A DNA stretch of 64,000 nt from Adineta vaga (taxonomy: Eukaryota > Animalia > Rotifera): contig CP075492.1 in NCBI GenBank assembly GCA_021613535.1, positions 13,764,001 through 13,828,000 on the forward strand. Direction: 5' to 3'. Of this stretch, positions 12,101 through 26,188 are shown piece after piece. How positions within the stretch are numbered: the first letter of the stretch is position 1; each line of letters begins with the position of its first letter. The notes beneath the pieces are model-generated. The model was not told where the DNA came from. It saw nothing but the letters and a program-made list of their open reading frames with translations, and did no database searches. The position numbers were made by a program, and so were the translations under genes.

Positions 12101-15100
12101 AATTGTACATCAGCATTACTTTGAGAAACTTGAATAGCTGTATCATGTCGATTGCAAACATTATTAAAGAAAGCAAGAATAGTGTTTGTAATTGACATGG
12201 ATCCATCAACTAAAAACAAGAAACAGATTGTTTTTATCAAATAAATCATGAAATTGTCACTTACGACAAGGATAGTCTTTAGTTTCTGACCAAGTCTCGT
12301 CCGGCATATTATTTCTTGGTGAGAAAATTGGAAATACAATGCCTGATCGACTACCGTTTCCACCTATAATCGGATCTTGTGATACGGTTGGCATAGCCGT
12401 TGTTGAGTATTTAATATTTAACGTATTCAAAACAATCGTATCGCCACAATCATTAGGTATCATTGCCCCAATGACAATAGAATTTTTTACAGTGACGCGG
12501 CTCCGGAAAATCACATGACTTAAAGCTATAATATGGTACAAGCAAACAAGTTCAATAATTCAAAAATTGATGAGAATAAGTTCTTACGCGATGGTCCAAT
12601 AACAAATGTAAATATGCCAACATGATTATCAATAGATGTGCATGAATCAATAGTAATATTTCGGAATGTATTGATATAGAAACCATAATACCATGCTTTA
12701 TAAACTCTAATTGATTTCAAAAATAAAACAATATCACTATTCTATCCGATCGAACTATTGTATCTTTCTAACATATTCCTACTTTTCTTATTGTTCTTAA
12801 AAACTTATGATAATTATTTCTATCAGATGACTCTCAATATCTCCACTTGTTCATTTATGTACTTACGTAAATTCTTTGACTTGAATACATTCTAGAAAAA
12901 CAATTACAACAGTGAGATTTCACTTGTAAAAATCTATAAATAACATACGTCGATCAAAAAAAAATCCTTTATCACGTGGCCAAATACTAACACCAACCAT
13001 AGCTGAATGAACTTCATTATTCGAATAACTATTATTTATGTATGTTGGAACAAGTGTACTTGAACATGCATCACCTTGAATACGATAAGCTACACGTTCC
13101 ACACCAGCAACTAAATTATTCTACAAATAACAGAATATGAACGTTAAAAGACAAGAAATAATTTCAAGACATTACTTTCATAACGACACTACCAGCATTA
13201 TGAGACATAATTGCTCCATCATAATTCTTATTAATTTGAGCTACGGTTGAATTTTGAGCTGTACCTGTCCAATAGATAGTTGTAACAAGATTGTTCTGAA
13301 TAATATTATTTCTTCCAGTAATGACAATAGCAGATCGGTATGTATTGTAGATGACATTGTTTGAAATTGATATGAAATGTGTAGTTTTGGTACTGATTCT
13401 ATAAGAAAAATATTTCTAAAGATAATGAAGAACTAACTTTATCTTACGCTGCATTAAATCCACCATCAAATGAACATTGATGAATATATGAAGGCCATCG
13501 AGAATAAGATCCATTAAGGTTCTGAATATATAAACCTGATTTATCATCACTTTCAGACGAATCAGCAAATTCTCCAAAGCCAATAAATTGTATATTTGAT
13601 AGACTCATATGAAATATGTCAGGTTTGTAATTGGATGAACCATTGACAATGGATATTTTAAAGCCAGATAGATTTGGTATTGAACTAGTGCTCATCATGC
13701 GAATATTGCGTGTTAATAAACCAACTGCAGCAGCTATATTAACGACGGATCCATTGGGAAATGCATGTCGCAGAACAATATGAGTATAACTCAATGGTTG
13801 TGTTGTACGAATAATTGTACTATTGATTAAACTAACGATACGATGTCTTTCTGTATGTGATATATTTGTATCTGTTGTTGTTATAACGAATTCATCACCA
13901 ACTTTCCAATCAACTGGTTCACTGAGACTAATGGTATTATTACCTGCGTGGGCAGTAATAGCAAGACGTGTCCATATAACATCATGCGATAAACCGTGTA
14001 AATCAAGTCCACTTTGGTCAACCGTAAATGGTGCATAAATGGATCGTGTTTGATTGGTGATAATACTCTTAATTACACTCTTATCTGTTAGAATTATATC
14101 GATGTTTTCATTAAATGGCGACAATTCTGAACCTATATATATATATAAAACATCAAAAAGCTTCTGAAAATATCCGTTTGCTTATAAATTCTATGCTTAC
14201 CAGCCACTAATCGGCCGCCATCAATGACAATATTATCGACATACATTGTATGATTTCTTCCCTATTAAAGCATTATAGATCGAAAAATCAAACATATGAA
14301 CACATGAAAAATGTCACTAACCCGTTGAAATTCAAGAACACCTTCAATTCTTAACGTTTGAATACGTGGTAATGGCTGATCGATAATGAGATGATGACAC
14401 CAAGGAATAGTAATATTTTTATAATCACCTGGTTTTCTTTGATCTAAAGGAATATTCCAAAACTAATTAATACAAATAAATGAAGATTAACTTACACCAA
14501 TTAGGATAATACTGATATTCTGTCCAATCGGCATCTCTGGACCAATATTTCACCTCACGTGATGTGCACTAGCAAGAAAAATGATATTTTACGACATACT
14601 GTTTACAGAATTAATTTTATAGATTATATTGAAACTCGAGACAATGTAACAGATTCCATCTATAGTACTGAATTAACCTACTTGCGTTTGAATTATCAGT
14701 GAATCTTGACAATTCGAAGCTGAACATATAAACCAATAAACAACCATGTGAGCATCATTTATTGTATTCAATATCGCTGAATTTTTAACTAGTAAATAGA
14801 ATAGTATGAGACAAAAGAAATACAACTGATAGATATACATACTAATATAAGAGAAAATATGTGTCTGATTATCATAAAAATATGCACCATGATCACTATT
14901 AACACCGGAGAGCGGTGTACTTGATTCGTAACTGTACATTCTGTCAGGTTTAGATTCCAATTTATGATTAAAAATAATATAATCACCTGGATTCATATCG
15001 TAAAGGGTAATCCAATAATAGGCATACGACCAAAACGACTTAAAAACAAGTATAATTTACATTTAGAATACAATTTAAAACTTACTTTCAAATCAGGAAA

Positions 15101-18100
15101 ACTAAGTTGATACGTACGATTTACTTGTAACGTTGTGACATATCCTTTAAGATATGCAAATCCTAACGCAGACCATGCTACATTTGTTGTATGATTATTT
15201 TCATCAGATATAAGCAATGGTCCATGATTTATGTTCCAGTCAGCATTATAGTTTTCAGTTAGCGTCATTCGAACCCATGATCCATTTGATAGTGAACATT
15301 GAACAGCATTTTCAAATTGAGGAGCCAATACACATGAAGATGATCCATTGGTCAAACCGTTTCTTGCCAATACCATCATCGATTCATTTTGACTAGTTAA
15401 TGTTCCATCTTCATCTTTGTAGATACCGTCATAATCCCATCGAAATTTTATACGATTTTGAACATTTATAAAAGATATATTCGAAAATTTCATTAAAAAA
15501 CCTAGATTATAATAGCACAGAGAATTTATTTTATATATTCTATGATACATACCTCCGCATTGATCTTTACAGTAATCGGCAATCAATGGTCCACGAATAG
15601 CTGATATATTATATTGTACAAAATTGATAAAAGTAACATTGTGTACAGGAAAATCACGATCACCAGGAACTACAATTTCAATCATGTTCAAAATATACAA
15701 TCCTATGAATTTATGAATTAGTGTTTTTATCTTACCAATGAGACCCACTGTTGATTCCGTTATGTACTGATTTGAATCATCTAAGTGACCAATAATTATA
15801 GAATTTAAAATAGAAGAAGTGTCTTCATCATTGTAGGATCTTGAGAGAAGCCCGGAGTAAAAGGTAATATTTTGAGAATATCCAGATATACAGTGAATAC
15901 CCACATCTATGTTGTCAAAAACTAGTGCATCCTTGATTTGAATAGGTTTTGACATAACATATTCCATGCCTTTTCTATTCTTCCACGATACTAATCCTTC
16001 AAAGATAGCTTTCAATGCTCTATTATCAGATGAATTGCCAGATATAGTCGGTTTGTATTGAGGATAAATCCAGAGACCATAGAGACCTGTACTATGAACA
16101 CTATTATTATAAAAGCGACCGAGTGGTTGTTTATGTGGATAGAAATCTTCATTTGTATTATTTGAAAATTTATCGACTATTTCAAGTAACTGATACCAAT
16201 AACCATGATGAGTGCTACCAACTACAGCATTATGTTCAAGAATATTATTCGGATTAGATAACTATATCAATAAATAAGTTTTACATACATTCGAAATGAA
16301 CGTAACACTTACCCAGAAAGCAGCCGGTATAAGATCTTTCTCATTAGAATACGAACTTGATTGAATTGAAACTAATAAATTACTTCGAAATATATTACCA
16401 GTTTCAAAGCCATCGTTCAAAAAGATACCATGACCCCTATAAAGAATTGCATGTAATTATTAGACATACATTATAGCACAAAATCATACATTATATCATA
16501 GATGACATTGTTTTCTATAGTCATATAATTAGTAGCATGAATGTTAATAGCACGATTATATGATAGATGAATTGATGATGATTTAACATAGGATGTATTC
16601 ATGTTTCCACTTCTTTGTAAGTATATTGGATAACGATTTTCACCCGATGATTTTACTTGACCAACATTAAATAGCTAGAAGAACAAAACATATTGACAAA
16701 AAAAATCGAAATATTTATTCACATATACTTCAACGTTAGAAATACGAATGATAGCTTCTTTGGTATCGATAAATTGTGTATCTGGACTACCATTATTGTT
16801 GCACCAAACTTATCAGTATCAATCCCATAAGTACATGTATTGACGGCAATTATGTCTAAACAGAATACATTTATTAGAAAAAAACCTTTAAAACGTAGTA
16901 TAATGCTTACCATTAACCAAATTAGGAACGCATTGTCTTTTGGATTGGTTATTTGTGGTTGCAAATGTTCCTAAATGAGAAATATTCGTTAACATTAGCG
17001 AATAAAAATGATCTAACCTTGAAAAATGATATTATGAGACAAAAGTCCAACTTCACCATGAACTTCGATTGTTGTCGTATTAAATTCATAAGTATCACCT
17101 AAATGTGTGTAATTCAATGATGCATCAATTGTTAGTGTACGTCCATCAGTAGAAATATCTATTATTTGACGAACTTCAGTCTCAATCTGACTGTTAAAAT
17201 CACCAGTAGTTGCAATAATGATTTTACTATTGTTTGGCCATCCAACTGCATATGGAAGCGTAATTGTTGATGAACCATTGACAGCTGTCATTTCTAATTT
17301 TGCCCATGCATTCACTGAAGTTTTCCCATCATATCAAGTGTACCATTGACGTACACCCAATACTTTAGAACCAACTATAATCAAATAGTATACGGATGAA
17401 GACGAAAACAAAAGATATTTGAAATAAATACTCACAAACAGGTATATATCTGAGTCTAAATATCCATACATAGTGATAACAGCACGATGTTGAAATGGAT
17501 TTGTTTCCGTACCGATTTGTAAACGACCACCATTAACAATTATAATAAATTCGGCATTCAATGCGATATCTTGAGAATCATCAAAGATTAATGTTGCATT
17601 ATCGATAACCAATGCTTTTAATATTGGCGTGGATATATCTAAGTATACTGTTGTACCGTTTTCAATTGATACGATTGTATCGGCTTCAGGTGGAACATCA
17701 CCACCCCATGTCCATGGACTTGACCAACGATCAATATATTGAAACGTAACATTTCCAGCAGCATAAGCCTCACCATTGATAGATACATGTACAAGTGAAT
17801 TGAGATTGGTTTGATAATGACTTCCGGTTTCACATGTAATACTTGTTAAATTAACTGCCACATTCTCACAGATCGTATTGTCAATAGTGACTGTGATTAC
17901 ATCGGATGAATTTCTATACAAAGAATATATATTTACATAATCATTTCTATAGATTTCTTACGGAAAATTGGTTCCATTGATCGTAACCTTTGTACCACCA
18001 CCTGTTCCTCCTAGTTTTGGTGTAATCGATGTTATTATTGTTGTTAAATTTGCTGCATAAGTAAATATTATGCTTTCATACATATCATCAACAGTTACTG

Positions 18101-21100
18101 TTAAATTACATGGATTATTCGTTCCATTTATGGCAATACTCGGCGTGATACAGATCAATTGAGTATTTGATACAGTTCTTACTGATAAACATGATCGATT
18201 ACATACACTAACACTTATATTAGTACTGTTGAATCCATCACCATCTATGGTAACAGGAAGACCACCACCATAGCCTCCTTCTGTTGGGAATATGCGAGTT
18301 ACGAGAAGATGGTGAGAAAGGAAAAGATCCGAATTCGAATCGCCAATATCATTCACATGTACAACCAGTTTATGACGTCCAGCTGATAAACCAGTGCTAA
18401 CAGCACACGTTATGAATGTTGATGACATATTTACGATAACACATATAGAACTTCCAACAAGTACGGTTGTGTTTTCAGCTATAAAATTATTTCCATAAAT
18501 AGAAAGGACTGTTGAAATATTGTCTGTAGTTGCATTTACTGATGTAACAATCGGTGTTACAGAAATATTATAAGTAAATAGAAGTGAAGATTCTAGAGTA
18601 ATATTATTAATAATAACAGTAACATTCACTTGATTCGAATTGTTGCCTTGAGCAGGAATATTACAATGGATTTCATTTTTTGTTGCATGAATAACAGGAC
18701 ATAAATTTAAACCAACCATTACTAGAACATGATTGATTGTATTAGAAAATCCGTAACCAATGATAATCATTTTAGTACCACCATAAATACCATTGGTTGT
18801 TGGTGATAAACTGATAAGGTTGCCTTTTGATGTAATATTAATTGAAGAACCGATTTTTCCAACACCTAAATTAAAAATTTGTTTACAATCTAATGAATTA
18901 AAGTTCAAATAACTAACCATCAATGAATCCAACAATACGATGAACACCCATTTCTATACCAACGATGAAACAAGTCAAGGATTCATTTGTCACTTCCATG
19001 ACATTGCACGGATTATCGTTTATATACAGATGTGTGTCTACATCTGTAATATTACTATTATAAACTAAATTTCGACCGGTAAATGTCAGATTAGTTGGAC
19101 CATTGAGAACTTGTGGAGTTACCGAATCAAGGTATGGTGTTACACTTGTTAACCAAGCAAACTGGCATGATGCAATCGAACATCTAACTGGATAATCACG
19201 AACTCCTATAACTATAGTTGCATTGTGATTGATATATAACGTTGCCGGTAATGTTTGTAAAACAATTTTAGAATATGTAATGTTTGCAAGATTTGTGTAT
19301 TCTTGATTCGCAATGTATATACGTGTATAATTTGGAATAAAGCCAACACCATCAATTGTTACTTCAGTACCACCATAGATTGAACCTAAAAGAATAGAGT
19401 TCATATATGTTATTGAGTTTTTGGAGGAACTATACCGGTCATGGGAGTTATGTTCAGTATTGATGCTTGAAATGCAAATTGTAATTGATCTTGACTTTTC
19501 AAATAACCATAACGGTCACGTGCTACACGGACAAGGTAATTAGTTGAACCATTCAGCATTGAATTTGATGTTATTTCACAGATGAGTTCCGTTGATGTCA
19601 TGTTCATAATTGGACAATGATACGATGATCCTATTTGAATGTCATATTCACACATATTTCCATCAAAACCCATTCCTATCATAAATCATTCAAAATGATT
19701 AAAAAACAAATTAGATTAAATCATTACCTGTTATTGTCAATAATGTTCCAATGGTACCGATAGTAGGTGACACTGAGATAAGCGAGTTCAATGTAATAGA
19801 GTAGCAAGAAATTGTGTCGGTTGTAATGATGTTGTTAATGTTTGATTACATAAACTTTTATTAGAAACATTCGAAGAACATGCTGTGTTCAATCAGGAAC
19901 TAAACAGATCATAGTTTTAAAAAAAAAGCTAAAAATACAGTTCGTCGTGTCTGACGTACCTTGTGATACACAATAAAATCGTTGACCTGTATAGATTGAT
20001 GTTGGAGAACACCACAACCGAGTATCATTTACTGAAGTACAACTAGTATAGTTCACCGAATCATATGTAAATGGAAAGATACATGTTTGAGCTACAAAAA
20101 TCAAACTTGAGTTAATTAGAAGAAAATATTTTCAAAGTTAATATACCCATATAATGATTTGATATCACTTCAGTTGTCCATACGTCTGGTTCGGATGCAA
20201 TAACATCAATGATACCACGAATCGAAATATCTCGATATGGTACAATTAATGGTGACCAATAATAAAAAGTGCCCAATGAGTTAAATTGAAAGGAAAATGT
20301 ACCTAGAATAAAGCAATGTATACGTGCAATACTAAATGCTGTTTACCTGAAGATGTTGCTACACCAGAATCAAAACCATTGACAGTTGGTATTGTACTAT
20401 AAGCATTATCTAGTTGTTGAATTTTATATCGACGTGTTAAAAGATTTGCTAATAAATCCCATTTCCAAGTAACAATAGTACCTTGTTGTATCGTTTGATG
20501 CTGAGGTGACCAAGCAAAACCAGCACCATATAATGGATCAATACCATCTGCGGTAATTGTTACCTGTTGAACAAAAGATGGTGTTCGACAAAAGATTTGA
20601 TCTGATTGTATAGACATAATATCACATGGAAGAAGACGATTATTTTGATTACGAAATTGAATAATTGTCGAATTGTGAAAACCTTCACCGGAAACATAAA
20701 TATCACTACCACCATATAATGAACCAATTTGAGGAGATATTTGTTGAATATAAAATCGATATTCGACAGGAGTAGAAGATTGAGCCAAACCGGTTGATGT
20801 ATTAATAACAATTGGATGAAGTCCAGCGGATAATTCAGGTAAATTAATTTGAATCAAAGTATTGGATGCTGATAAAATCACAGCTTTCTTTGAACCAACA
20901 TAAACTGAAAGTGACTGATTTCTAAATCCTATACCACTAATATTCAATTTTCCACCAAGCATCGTGACGACCGTTGGTTGTATTGAGACAATGAAGGGGC
21001 GATCAGTTATATTGTAAGTAAATAATGATGACGCATTCACTGATTTTTCATTATCAATAACCGATATTATGACTTGTCTATCACTGTGTATCGTAGAAGA

Positions 21101-24100
21101 AGGTACAGTACATATAATCGATGAAAAATTAATCATTTGAGAATTGCTACATAAATTTCCATCGACAGTAACTTTAGTATTCAATGAAAAGCCAACACCG
21201 TTAATTGTTAATGAATAGCCTCCACCTACTCCTCCTTCACTTGGATTGAATGTATCAATTGTTAGAGGAACATTGATTGTACGATTTATACTACTCGATA
21301 CGAAACCTTTATCGATTACATTCACTTGTACAATCTGCGGACCTGATGGTGATTGGACAATTGTACACATGATGAATGTCATGTTAGCATCAGTCACATT
21401 ACATAAACCTTGTTCACCAATTGAAACTTTATTTGATTCGACTGATGAACTGAAACCATCACCAGTAATTATTAAGCTTGTTCCATTCTGTTCTATTGAT
21501 GTAATCATTGGTGTCTGCTCGTTGGAAAATTGAAATGGACAATTGTTATCACCATTTGAACAATAAGAGGGAAGACCATTAACAAGAACTTCAACCTATA
21601 CATATGTATACATAATCGAAATAACACATTGAAAATATACAAAGAGATCCTTACTTGTGGTATGTTATGATATGTTCGTATCATATCATTTGGAAGATTA
21701 TAGAAAGTATTTCCATCATTGCCAACTTGAATTGATGATGCACTAATAGATAAACTATTTGGTCGTATATTTGTTGTATTGATAATTGATATAAGTGGTT
21801 GTTTTGCCTTTGAGAACCAACTTATATTATACGAATAAACGGGACATACACCTGTTCGAATCACCGATACGTAACCAAATTTAGCAAATGATTGAAAGAG
21901 ATTTGTCATTTCGGTTCCTGTCAGCGTCACCGGAATTGATGAATAAATTTCTCCATCGAATTCAATATCATAAGTACCTTCAATTGGTTCTGATGTTTTT
22001 GTTATTGATGTCACATTAGCGAACTAGTAATATTAATTATATAATATTACAAATTTAATTCAAATCAATATTTCACTTACTGTGGAAGGTAATGTTTTGA
22101 TCATCGTTGGTGAACGACATGTTGTATATTGAAATGAAATATCAATCGTACGATTTCTCGATGAATGATTTATTCGAAGTGAATTGTATAATAATTGATA
22201 TTGTGGATAAAATCGTCGGACACCTTCAATTGATGAATTTTGACAATAATATGTTTCGTTGGTAGACGATCGACAAATAGGTATATTCTCTTCATTAAGT
22301 GTACATCGAGTATAACTTTTACCATTGTAAACGAATGGAAATGTACATGGATTCGATGCAGATTGATCACTGATGCTAATTATATCTGCATCTTCATATC
22401 CAAATGGATAATTTGTTCGTAATGTAACTGTATCAAACATGAAATCATTCGACGATGAATCAAGAAAAACATTCTTCACAGAAAACCAACTAACTCTGAG
22501 ATAGGATGAAAAAAAATCTTCAAATGTTTCACGCAATTTTATACATTTATAATGCCAATAGTTATCTGAAACTAATGACACAGGTATTGGTAATGTTTCT
22601 ATAGTAGTTGTATCAAAATCGAGATCACTTTCGACTTGGAAATATAAAGTAATATTAGTAGCTTGCTGTGGAATTTTATATGCAAAACATAGATAATCAG
22701 CTACCTCTAAGTTTTCTGTAACTAAGTTCTTATCAAGATTACCAATTGTAAGCGCATGACGACCACAAAATGCCATATCTTGAACATTCAATGTTTCATC
22801 ATATGGACTGTTTGTTTCAAAATCATTTGTATAGACTATAGATGAATCTGCATCTTTGTTATAAAGTGAAAGTGGACATCGAATTGTGAATAATTCTTGA
22901 AATTGGTTTTCAAGTATTGTATTAGTAATTGTACCGTTGAGAATATCAAAATATTGTGTTGTTGCTCCGTCTAATTCCAATGCGAAATGTGAACCCGATG
23001 ATACACCTTTCGTTATTTCTGTTGCATTTTGTGTATAATTATTGTTTATTGTGATTATCGTCAATAATGGAACATCACCCATTTCTATAGGAAAAATTAT
23101 TCTGTAGGAATTGTAATTGATTTCTACTGTAACTTGTAATGGATGAATTGTTGGTAAATCATTTAAAGCTTTCGCTGCATCTACTTTAGTAGGTGAGTCT
23201 ATGAAAATGACTAAAAAAAAGTTAAATAGTGATCAACGATGTATGATTTCTTTCGTGGTTATTCAATAAGTTACCGGTATAAACTCCTCTGAAACCAATT
23301 TGAAATGGATCAGATATAATAGGTATATGCTGAACTTCAGATACAGCAACGATAGATGTGTTTGTTGTGTAAATAATTCTCTATTAAAAGAAAATACTAA
23401 ATATCAATCAAAAAAATGTGCTATAATGTACTTGATATTCTTTTACATCGGGACTATTAATCATAATCTTTTGAATATCTACCAATCCCGTATTTCCACT
23501 TCCGATTGTAGTTTTTCCATCGACCATTTTTACTTTTATCGATAAACGAAAAGCACCTCTTTGACTTGATCCCATACAAATCATATAATAACTAGAAGAA
23601 AAAATCCGATCAGAACAATACATGATTCGCTATGTTTATAATTTTACTTCGTATTCTTTTGTAATAAGATTTCATTTGATCGAAGTGAACTTCGATTCAC
23701 AATCTGGACGATGTTATCTTGATTTTCATCCGTACTTAAGTATAAAATACTACTGACATTTGTATCCAATTGAAATGTAAAATTAGCAGTTCTAGGTGGA
23801 CGAAGATATCCAATAAACCAGACAGTACCCATAGAAAGATTTGCAGAATAAAATGAAGCTTCTTCTATCCATGTTTTATTAGCATTGATACCAGGCATTG
23901 GAGGTGTTGAATTTGCCCAGTGATCCTACAGAATTTGTTTCAAAAAGATGAGTAAAGAAAAAACGATATTTTATAGAACATACTAAATCAATGTAGATAT
24001 TCTCATAATATCGATGCAAACCACGACCACCTACAATCGCAATAGAAATATGCTTATGTTTATATTTCGTCAATAGTAAATGAACTAACCATGATAATCA

Positions 24101-25238
24101 GTACGATTGTTGTTATTATTTGACAGATGTGCTAATTGACATTGAATGGTAGTTGAACTTACACTAAGAATTGTGCAGGATGTATCGGCCACATTAACAC
24201 TCAATGGGTATTGATTACTATCACTGAAATACTGTCCAGTAATAGTCAAGACTGTCCCACCATTGATGCTTCCATTATTTGGTGAAATATTTGAAATAAC
24301 TAAAATAAATGATTTAGTACGAACATCGAATACAATACGATGAAAAAATTTACCAGCATAAGTTTGAAAAGTATACAGTTGACCAATAGCTGATAATTGA
24401 TATACATTCAAAGCCGTAGACGAACGACCATATGTATATGTTACAATTAAACTAACGTTAAAAATTCCTATTCGTAATATAGATATAGTTCAACGAATAT
24501 AGAAAAGATAAGAAGTCACCTACCAACTTCATTACTTTCATACCGACATAGAAGAGATGTGTTTGTTATATTCGCATAACTAAATGAAATTTGATAAACA
24601 TTTTTTGTATCGTAAAATGCAAAAACTTACGGCGTATTACGAATAGGGTCAATCAAACTACAACGTTGATCACCAATATATACACTATTCAAACATTAAA
24701 TTTGAAAAAAGAACGACTCAAAGAGCATATATATTCTATACCGTGAAATGATTGGAATATTATCAGGTAAGCATTCATTTGTATCACGTGAATAACATTT
24801 TGTTTTAAAATCTCCAGATACTGAAATTAATCTTTGTGATAATCTAGTTATGGATGAAATACCAGTGATCATTGGTGTATACATTTGTGAAGAATTAAAA
24901 TACGCATAATACAATGATGGATATTGAGTGAGTGGAATCAAACTATTATTGACATAAACTCGAACTAGATATCTATCTACTGGCATTGCTGTCGTATAAC
25001 ATGGCAATCGTGTATCAGTAATTCCGTCAGTATAGACAATACAATCATAGACCGTATAATTATTCACAAATTGTACCTTGTAGTTCGTATTTGATGATGA
25101 TATTCCATTAAACGCACTTGGTACAAAGCCGATACCTCGAATCCACAAGTCTGTCCCTCCATTTGTACTTCCGTAGCTCTCATTTCGAACACCATTGTTA
25201 CGAGTAGTGACATAATATACGAGAGGAGTAGTTGAGAC
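9104..25238 (-). CDS. Fibrocystin-L (PKHD1L1)-like giant type I membrane protein, multi-exon; first exon unresolved; local frameshifts near 17330-17445
   Basis: Many IPT/TIG repeats (GSxxGGTxxTIxGxGF), a PA14-like segment (23644-23898), a cupredoxin-like segment (about 20260-20520), two G8 domains, a PbH1 beta-helix region, a C-terminal TM (IGLIVGIVIALVVVVIVVVVAGLYWV), and a last exon 9180-9104. Confidence 0.85.
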
Positions 25239-26188
25239 TGAAAGATGGAATAAAATAACATCTACTATAGTGCTTGATACTACATAACCTATTATTATTA
25301 AATCGAGAACTACAGTGTGTTTCTTTAAGTTTTTGTTGAAGAAACGTTTGCGTTAGTTTTTATGTGAAAAGAGTGTACAAAATGGGACAACAGTTTTTTG
25401 TTTTCAATCAATATTTTTCTTTCATTCTTCTAATGCAATACTGAATGAAGTGAAAAAGAAAATACGAAATAGAAGGCTTTAAAAATAAGAAGAAATGGGG
25501 GAGACCCGTTAGTAAATAAGAATAATCATATGAATATTACCATAACAAACGAAATAAAAAGAAAAGGAAATATATTTTTATTCTATATCTAAATAGGTGA
25601 GAGCATAGTTTGAAAAGTTTCGTCAGTAAAGTTTGTGATAATTATCGATTGTTTTCTAAATGAATATGTATAATCTGTAGAGGTTTTGATGTTTTTGGAA
25701 AGAAAATGTAAATTGTCAATATATTCAAACAAAAGCATGTGCAGCGATCAAAATATGAGTTTTCTCTTTTATATAGAGATGGAGAAAACCTGTGCACTGT
25801 TCGTTATAATCTGAATGTCAAAAGAATACATACCGGTTGATATAATGATGCTCCAAATTAGTAATTGACCGATAAACAGCTCTATAAAACTCATTTTAAG
25901 CGAAAACGAAACGATACTTTCGTTTCTTTAATTTCACTGATACAGTGCGAATTCAGTTGGTGATTTTATACCAAACAATTTTTTTCTCTTCTGTATACAT
26001 TTTTTCTGTTTTTATAATGTTTACACACACACACACACACACTCTCTCTCTCCTATTGTTGTTCGTGCTGAGTATAGCACTTTCATCAGACAAAATCACG
26101 AAATTGTTATTGAAGTCAAAGCTTATAATGGAATTCATTGAAATAAGAAAAAATCAACCAGTATGTTTGCATCTCAAAGTGATTATTA

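Noticed and set aside
26024-26052. (AC)n(TC)n tract and the overlapping ORFs 25945-26349 and 25953-26138
   Set aside because: A simple microsatellite. The ORFs are low-complexity and partly antisense to the LRR gene end.
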